The position numbers were made by a program, and so were the translations under genes. Shown here piece after piece: positions 54,609 through 58,815 of a stretch of DNA of 58,815 bases (position 1 is its first letter; the number at the start of each line of letters is the position of its first letter). The stretch is taken from assembly GCA_002719775.1 (NCBI GenBank), contig PBEP01000014.1:1-58815 (forward strand), read 5' to 3'. The notes beneath the pieces are model-generated. The model was not told the DNA's origin and did not search any database. It worked only from the letters and a program-made list of their open reading frames with translations. This DNA is from Chloroflexota bacterium. GTDB taxonomy: Bacteria; Chloroflexota; Dehalococcoidia; Lucifugimonadales; Australimonadaceae.

Positions 54609-55241
54609 ATGGATTACATAAAACAACTTACGCGCATCAGCTCAGAAATTATTGCCAACCTAAATCAAAAACATGCTGCCAGAGAAATTTCGATCCAAGC
54701 TTCTCGAGAAATCATTCGTCTATCTGCTAACTCGATCCGCTGCATACATCGGCTTGAAATGGAAGAAGCGCAGAGACTTGCTTCGCTAGCAGGGGAGAAA
54801 GTTATTGAAATTAGAGATCTGATATATACCAAGCACCCAGATTTATATTTCTCTGGTTACACACAAGATGCCCAGAAAGAATACACAGAAGCACGAATTT
54901 GCTATGCACTGATTTCTGATATTGACATACCTTCTCATGAAGTTCTCGGAGTTGAGATTGCCCCCTATATTAATGGAATAGCAGAGGCAGCAAGTGAATT
55001 AAGACGCTTTATCCTAGATTCCTTAAGAAAAGATGATTCTAGTAGGTCAGAGGAATTAATGGGCAAGATGGATGAAGTCTACAACATGATGACAATCATT
55101 GATTTTCCTGATGCTTTGACCGGAGGCATACGTCGCACTACTGACCAACTTAGAGCAGTCTTAGAAAGGACTCGTGGCGATTTAACCATGGCGCTAAGGC
55201 AAAGAAAACTAGAAGACTTGCTATCCAAACATGAGCTTTGA
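54609..55241 (+). CDS. Translin-family protein
   Basis: 210 aa, all-helical. PYINGIAEAASELRRFILDSLRKDD...MDEVYNMM...LTGGIRRTTDQLRAVLERTRGDL follows the translin pattern seen in human translin (DYLSGVLILASELSRL...LRKRYDGLKYDVKKVEEVVYDL). Match made by eye. Confidence 0.65.
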   Translation: MDYIKQLTRISSEIIANLNQKHAAREISIQASREIIRLSANSIRCIHRLEMEEAQRLASLAGEKVIEIRDLIYTKHPDLYFSGYTQDAQKEYTEARICYALISDIDIPSHEVLGVEIAPYINGIAEAASELRRFILDSLRKDDSSRSEELMGKMDEVYNMMTIIDFPDALTGGIRRTTDQLRAVLERTRGDLTMALRQRKLEDLLSKHEL

Positions 55242-55265
55242 TTACTATATTGTTATTTAATTTCC

Positions 55266-55294
55266 TTGCGAAATCCGTAATGAATATGTAAATT
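55266..55294 (+). promoter_or_regulatory. Weak candidate promoter for hppA
   Basis: TTGCGA (55266-55271), a 17-nt spacer, then TAAATT (55289-55294). Confidence 0.3.
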
Positions 55295-55298
55295 CAAA

Positions 55299-55335
55299 CA
55301 GTGATGACTTAGTCGTCACTGTCCCAAATGTTTTT
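55299..55335 (+). terminator. Hairpin plus T-run after the translin-like gene (terminator or hppA leader structure)
   Basis: cagtgatgac / gtcgtcactg form a 10-bp stem (one G-U pair) with a 3-nt loop at 55299-55321. TTTTT lies at 55331-55335. Confidence 0.35.
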
Positions 55336-55352
55336 ATATTGGAGGAAGATCC

Positions 55353-57425
55353 ATGACTGGCCTCTATTTGGTCATCGGTGCTGGGATTCTCGCTTTGGTT
55401 TTCGCCGTAATTTTGGCACGCCAAGTTCTAGGAGCCGATAAAGGTAATGATCGAATGCGAGAAATTGGTGATGCTATACAAGAAGGAGCAAACGCTTTTC
55501 TGAGGCGTGAGTATTCTGTTTTGTTGGTTTTTGTAATTGTAGTATTTGGAATTCTATTAGCTCTTGGTCTAGCTACTGATGATCAGAAGCCTGAAACCTC
55601 AATAGCATATTTGGTTGGAGCGTTTTCCTCTGGCCTCACCGGTATTATAGGTATGCGTATAGCAGTTCAGGCCAACATGAGAACGGCTGCAGCGGCTATC
55701 AAGGGGTTAAATCCTGCGCTTCGAGTTGCCTTTTCTTCAGGTGGGGTAATGGGCATCAGTGTTGTCGGAACTGGCATACTTGGTGCTTTAATTATGTGGA
55801 TGATCTTTCAGGATCCCCAAATAGTAGCGGGGTTTAGCTTTGGAGCTTCTTCAATTGCACTATTTGCACGTGTTGGAGGCGGCATTTACACCAAAGCTGC
55901 TGATGTAGGTGGCGATCTTGCTGGAAAAGTTGAAGCAGGAATACCTGAAGATGATCCTCGCAATGCTGCAGTGATAGCTGACAATGTAGGAGACAATGTT
56001 GGTGATGTAGCAGGGATGGGTGCAGATTTATTTGAATCTTATGTGGGTTCGATTATAGCTAGCCTAGCATTAGCTATGACCGGAACGGCCTTTCTCTTCC
56101 CAGATGCTTCAATCAGTGAGCTAAAAGTCGACTCTGGTTTAGCTGTACTCCCTTTCTTAATCGCTGGTGTTGGTATTATTTCTTCGATCTTTGGCACATT
56201 CCTGGTCAGAACAGGAGAGAAGGCCTCTATGGGTACGTTGCTTTGGGCTTTGCGGCGAGGCATTTTTTCTGCTGGAATTTTAGCGCTTTTGGGATCATTT
56301 GGTGCTATTTATTACTTATTTCAAATTGAATCTTCGGTACCTTTGGGGATGTCCAAAGTCTGGCAAGTTTGGGGCGCTGTGGCTATTGGTTTAGGTGCAG
56401 GTGTAATAATAGGTATCAGTACCGAGTACTATACTTCATATGAGTATAAGCCTACTAAAGGGCTAGCCAGTAGAACTACAACAGGTCCCGCAACAGTCAT
56501 AATTTCTGGTTTCGCCACTGGAATGCTAAGTACGGTTGTACCGCTCATTATCATCGCTGCGGCAGTCTTGGGCGCTAATCACCTAGCCGGGTTGTACGGA
56601 ATAGCTATTGCGGCGGTTGGCATGCTTTCCACTCTTGGAATCACACTAGCTACTGACGCCTACGGCCCTGTTGCCGATAATGCTGGAGCTATTGCTGAGC
56701 AGACAGGGCTGGATCCAGAAGTAAGGGAACGCACAGACGCTCTTGATTCCTTGGGCAATACAACAGCAGCAACAGGAAAAGGTTTTGCAATTGGATCTGC
56801 AGTTTTGACTGCTCTTGCACTGATGGCTGCTTATGCAAAAGTTGTGGATTTACAGGTAATAGATCTACTAAAGACTTCTACTCTGGTAGGTTTGCTACTC
56901 GGTGCGTTAATGCCATTTGTTTTCAGCGCGCTAACGATGGAAGCAGTTGGAAGAGCGGCACAAGATATGGTCGAAGAAGTTCGCCGGCAATTCCGTGAAA
57001 TTCCTGGCCTAAAGGAAGGTAAAGAAGGAGTGCGAGCTGAGTATGCGCGCTGTGTCGCAATCAGCACAAATGGTGCATTAAGAGAAATGATTCTTCCAGG
57101 TTTGCTAGCTGTAATTGTACCTATCGTAGTTGGCTTAATTCCCTTTTTGGGTGCTGAAGCAGTGGGCGGACTTCTGATCGGATCTATCAGCGCAGGATCA
57201 CTGATGGCCATAACTATGGCTAATGCAGGAGGAGCCTGGGATAACGCCAAGAAGTATGTTGAAGCAGGCGCTCACGGTGGCAAGGGTACTAGCAACCATG
57301 AGGCAGCTGTAGTTGGAGATACAGTGGGTGATCCATTCAAGGATACCTCTGGCCCAGCTTTGAATATTTTAATTAAGCTCATGGCGATTGTAGCTGTGGT
57401 ATTTGGTAGCGTTTTTGTAGCTTAA
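55353..57425 (+). CDS. hppA: Membrane-bound ion-translocating pyrophosphatase (K+-dependent signature)
   Basis: 690 aa with about 16 TM helices. Motifs: [71 protein letters not shown] and [14 protein letters not shown]. Confidence 0.95.
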   Translation: MTGLYLVIGAGILALVFAVILARQVLGADKGNDRMREIGDAIQEGANAFLRREYSVLLVFVIVVFGILLALGLATDDQKPETSIAYLVGAFSSGLTGIIGMRIAVQANMRTAAAAIKGLNPALRVAFSSGGVMGISVVGTGILGALIMWMIFQDPQIVAGFSFGASSIALFARVGGGIYTKAADVGGDLAGKVEAGIPEDDPRNAAVIADNVGDNVGDVAGMGADLFESYVGSIIASLALAMTGTAFLFPDASISELKVDSGLAVLPFLIAGVGIISSIFGTFLVRTGEKASMGTLLWALRRGIFSAGILALLGSFGAIYYLFQIESSVPLGMSKVWQVWGAVAIGLGAGVIIGISTEYYTSYEYKPTKGLASRTTTGPATVIISGFATGMLSTVVPLIIIAAAVLGANHLAGLYGIAIAAVGMLSTLGITLATDAYGPVADNAGAIAEQTGLDPEVRERTDALDSLGNTTAATGKGFAIGSAVLTALALMAAYAKVVDLQVIDLLKTSTLVGLLLGALMPFVFSALTMEAVGRAAQDMVEEVRRQFREIPGLKEGKEGVRAEYARCVAISTNGALREMILPGLLAVIVPIVVGLIPFLGAEAVGGLLIGSISAGSLMAITMANAGGAWDNAKKYVEAGAHGGKGTSNHEAAVVGDTVGDPFKDTSGPALNILIKLMAIVAVVFGSVFVA

Positions 57426-57443
57426 TTAACAATTAAACTTAAC

Positions 57444-57481
57444 ATTACGTAGAGGTGCTTAGGAAAGCACCTCTACGTAAT
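57444..57481 (+). terminator. Strong stem-loop downstream of hppA
   Basis: A perfect 14-bp stem acgtagaggtgctt/aagcacctctacgt (57447-57460 / 57465-57478) with loop agga, extendable to 17 bp. There is no long T-run, so whether it acts as an intrinsic terminator is uncertain. Confidence 0.55.
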
Positions 57482-57499
57482 TACTACCTGGAGCATTAG

Positions 57500-58291
57500 T
57501 TGAATCTGCAATTGAACGGCAAGCGTGCACTAATAACAGGTGGAAGTCGAGGCATTGGAAAAGCAATAGCTTATTCACTTGCGAGCGAAGGTGCCAAAGT
57601 TGCTATTTGCTCTAGAAATGAAAAGGACATAGCTACTGTGGCTAATACTTTGAGCAAAGCAACTTCTTCCACTGTATACGGGGTTAAAGCCGATATGGGC
57701 GATCTTAATTCTATAGAAGAATTATTTTCCAAAACGAGAACCAACCTTGGAGGCATCGATATATTAGTCAATAATGCAGCTAGAGTCTCCGTAGGAACAA
57801 CCCCTGATAGTTTGCTGGAAGTTACTGACGAGCTACTCCGATACGACTTTGAAACCAAAATGCTTGGCTATGTAAGGGCAGCTCGTGAAGCTGCGCATGA
57901 AATGATTCAAAATCGTTGGGGCAGAATTATTAACATTAGTGGAATGGCAGGTTCGGCAATAAGTGCAGGTATGCGTAACATCGCACTGGTAAGCCTTACT
58001 AAAAGTTTATCAGAAGAACTTGGCCCATACGGAATCACAACTAATGCTATTCTCCCAGGATTCGTAGCTACAGAAGATAGAAAGGTGAGGCTTGAATTCC
58101 TATCAGCAAAAACTGGAATCGCCCCAGAAATACTCGAGTCGGAAACTGCAAACTCCACTTCCCTCAAAAGAATAGTCACCTCCAAAGAGATTGCTAGTGT
58201 AGTAGCGTATCTATGCTCACCTCTTGCACAATCCATAACTGGTGAAGCTCTTTCAGTTGGTGGTGGTGGTAATAGAACCATCCCCTATTAA
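57500..58291 (+). CDS. Short-chain dehydrogenase/reductase family protein (catalytic Tyr/Lys apparently missing)
   Basis: 263 aa with a TTG start. Motifs: TGGSRGIGKAIA (TGxxxGxG), NNAA and NISG. See the finding on the active-site segment. Confidence 0.85.
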   Translation: MNLQLNGKRALITGGSRGIGKAIAYSLASEGAKVAICSRNEKDIATVANTLSKATSSTVYGVKADMGDLNSIEELFSKTRTNLGGIDILVNNAARVSVGTTPDSLLEVTDELLRYDFETKMLGYVRAAREAAHEMIQNRWGRIINISGMAGSAISAGMRNIALVSLTKSLSEELGPYGITTNAILPGFVATEDRKVRLEFLSAKTGIAPEILESETANSTSLKRIVTSKEIASVVAYLCSPLAQSITGEALSVGGGGNRTIPY

Positions 58292-58345
58292 TTTCACCCA
58301 ATAAAAGATTAGAATCACCATGATGTAATTAGCTAGGAGGATCAA

Positions 58346-58815
58346 ATGGTCCTAAGTGACCGAACAATTAGAGAACAGATAACGGAAGGCAGAATTGTCA
58401 TCGATCCATTATCAGAAGACTCAATCCAACCCGCGAGCGTAGATCTTCATTTAGATCGTCATATTCTGGTTTTTAGGAATAACAGAGTTCCTTATATAGA
58501 CATAAGGTCTAACTCAGAGAAACTCACAGAACTTGTAACGATCGGTGATGACGACCCCTTCATGCTTCATCCAGGGGAATTTGTACTAGGAAGCACTTTG
58601 GAGCATGTGGAGGTTCCTGACGATTTGGTTGCACGTCTGGAGGGAAAAAGTTCTTTAGGAAGAATAGGTTTGTTAATACATTCAACAGCGGGATACGTAG
58701 ACCCCGGATGGCAAGGGAACCTTACTTTAGAATTATCTAATGTTTCGAATTTGCCAATTACCCTTTACCACAGAATGAAAATCGGCCAAATTAGCTTTCT
58801 TAGACTCACTACTCC
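58346..58815 (+). CDS. dcd: dCTP deaminase, 3' end off window
   Basis: Not in the track because no stop is reached. AGGAGG lies 6 nt upstream of ATG 58346. My translation is MVLSDRTIREQITEGRIVIDPLSEDSIQPASVDLHLD...EGKSSLGRIGLLIHSTAGYVDPGWQGNLTLELSN. Confidence 0.9.
   Translation, partial: MVLSDRTIREQITEGRIVIDPLSEDSIQPASVDLHLDRHILVFRNNRVPYIDIRSNSEKLTELVTIGDDDPFMLHPGEFVLGSTLEHVEVPDDLVARLEGKSSLGRIGLLIHSTAGYVDPGWQGNLTLELSNVSNLPITLYHRMKIGQISFLRLTT

Noticed and set aside
54369-54626. 85-aa minus-strand ORF spanning the nuoB upstream spacer, considered as a possible nuoA
   Set aside because: Its sequence has no three-TM-helix pattern and is Cys/Arg-rich, and it overlaps the nuoB coding start in another frame. 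It is too short and unlike NuoA, so it is most likely spurious.
56831-57250. 139-aa minus-strand ORF; likewise 57907-58281 and 57571-57858
   Set aside because: They are antisense to the well-supported hppA and SDR genes and have low-complexity Ser/Pro/Ala composition.
1-58815. Scan for CRISPR arrays, IS elements, tRNA/rRNA genes and defence-island-type genes
   Set aside because: There are no direct-repeat/spacer arrays, and no transposase- or integrase-like ORFs. The five spacers over 100 nt lack tRNA T-loop/acceptor features. The window appears to be core chromosome.

Overview
This is a 58.8-kb, AT-rich (about 40% G+C by eye), very gene-dense bacterial chromosomal segment. I recognise about 60 protein genes. 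I found no rRNA, tRNA, CRISPR array, transposase, integrase or phage gene. Content is core housekeeping. Left to right: (1) a str/S10 ribosomal block on the minus strand (rplC partial, rpsJ, fusA, rpsG, rpsL; no tuf). (2) A plus-strand run of a PduO-type corrinoid adenosyltransferase, hisH, hisA, an AcsA-type acyl-CoA synthetase, two tandem paralogous D-2-hydroxyacid dehydrogenases, an MFS transporter and polA. (3) A 258-aa protein of unknown function. (4) An 11-gene Mrp-type cation/proton antiporter cluster with Mbh-like gene order, then ychF and hemW. (5) A 29-kb co-directional minus-strand array: nuoBCDHIJK-(small ORF)-LMN, ribD-E-BA-H, yqeY, purQ, an EamA transporter, purL, rplI, dnaB, a DnaD-domain gene, a DnaC/DnaI-type loader, a HIT protein, crcB, leuS, aconitase and a class-III aminotransferase. 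(6) A plus-strand run of a translin-family gene, a membrane pyrophosphatase, an SDR and dcd (partial). Intergenic spacers are tiny, many start and stop codons overlap, and two convergent gene pairs overlap at their stop codons, so the genome looks streamlined. Several features together suggest a Chloroflexota/Dehalococcoidia-like marine lineage: the DnaD plus DnaI-type loader beside rplI-dnaB, nuo without nuoEFG, translin, mitochondrial-type aconitase and Mbh-like Mrp order. That placement is inference only. The most unusual items are these. (a) The helicase loader contains two complete AAA+ modules in one chain. (b) The nuo cluster lacks nuoA and nuoEFG and has a DUF2007-like 64-aa gene translationally wedged between nuoK and nuoL. 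(c) The Mrp cluster has a three-way split MrpB and three NuoL/M/N-type subunits. (d) hisA and the first mrpD have conserved N-termini that can only be encoded from an in-frame ATA preceded by a Shine-Dalgarno-like sequence. (e) Acidic C-terminal tails sit on ribosomal proteins L3 (tandem octapeptide repeat) and L9. (f) The SDR appears to lack the catalytic Tyr-x3-Lys. (g) A perfect 16-bp palindrome lies in the nuoB/translin divergent spacer. All family assignments are by-eye motif recognition; no database search was run.
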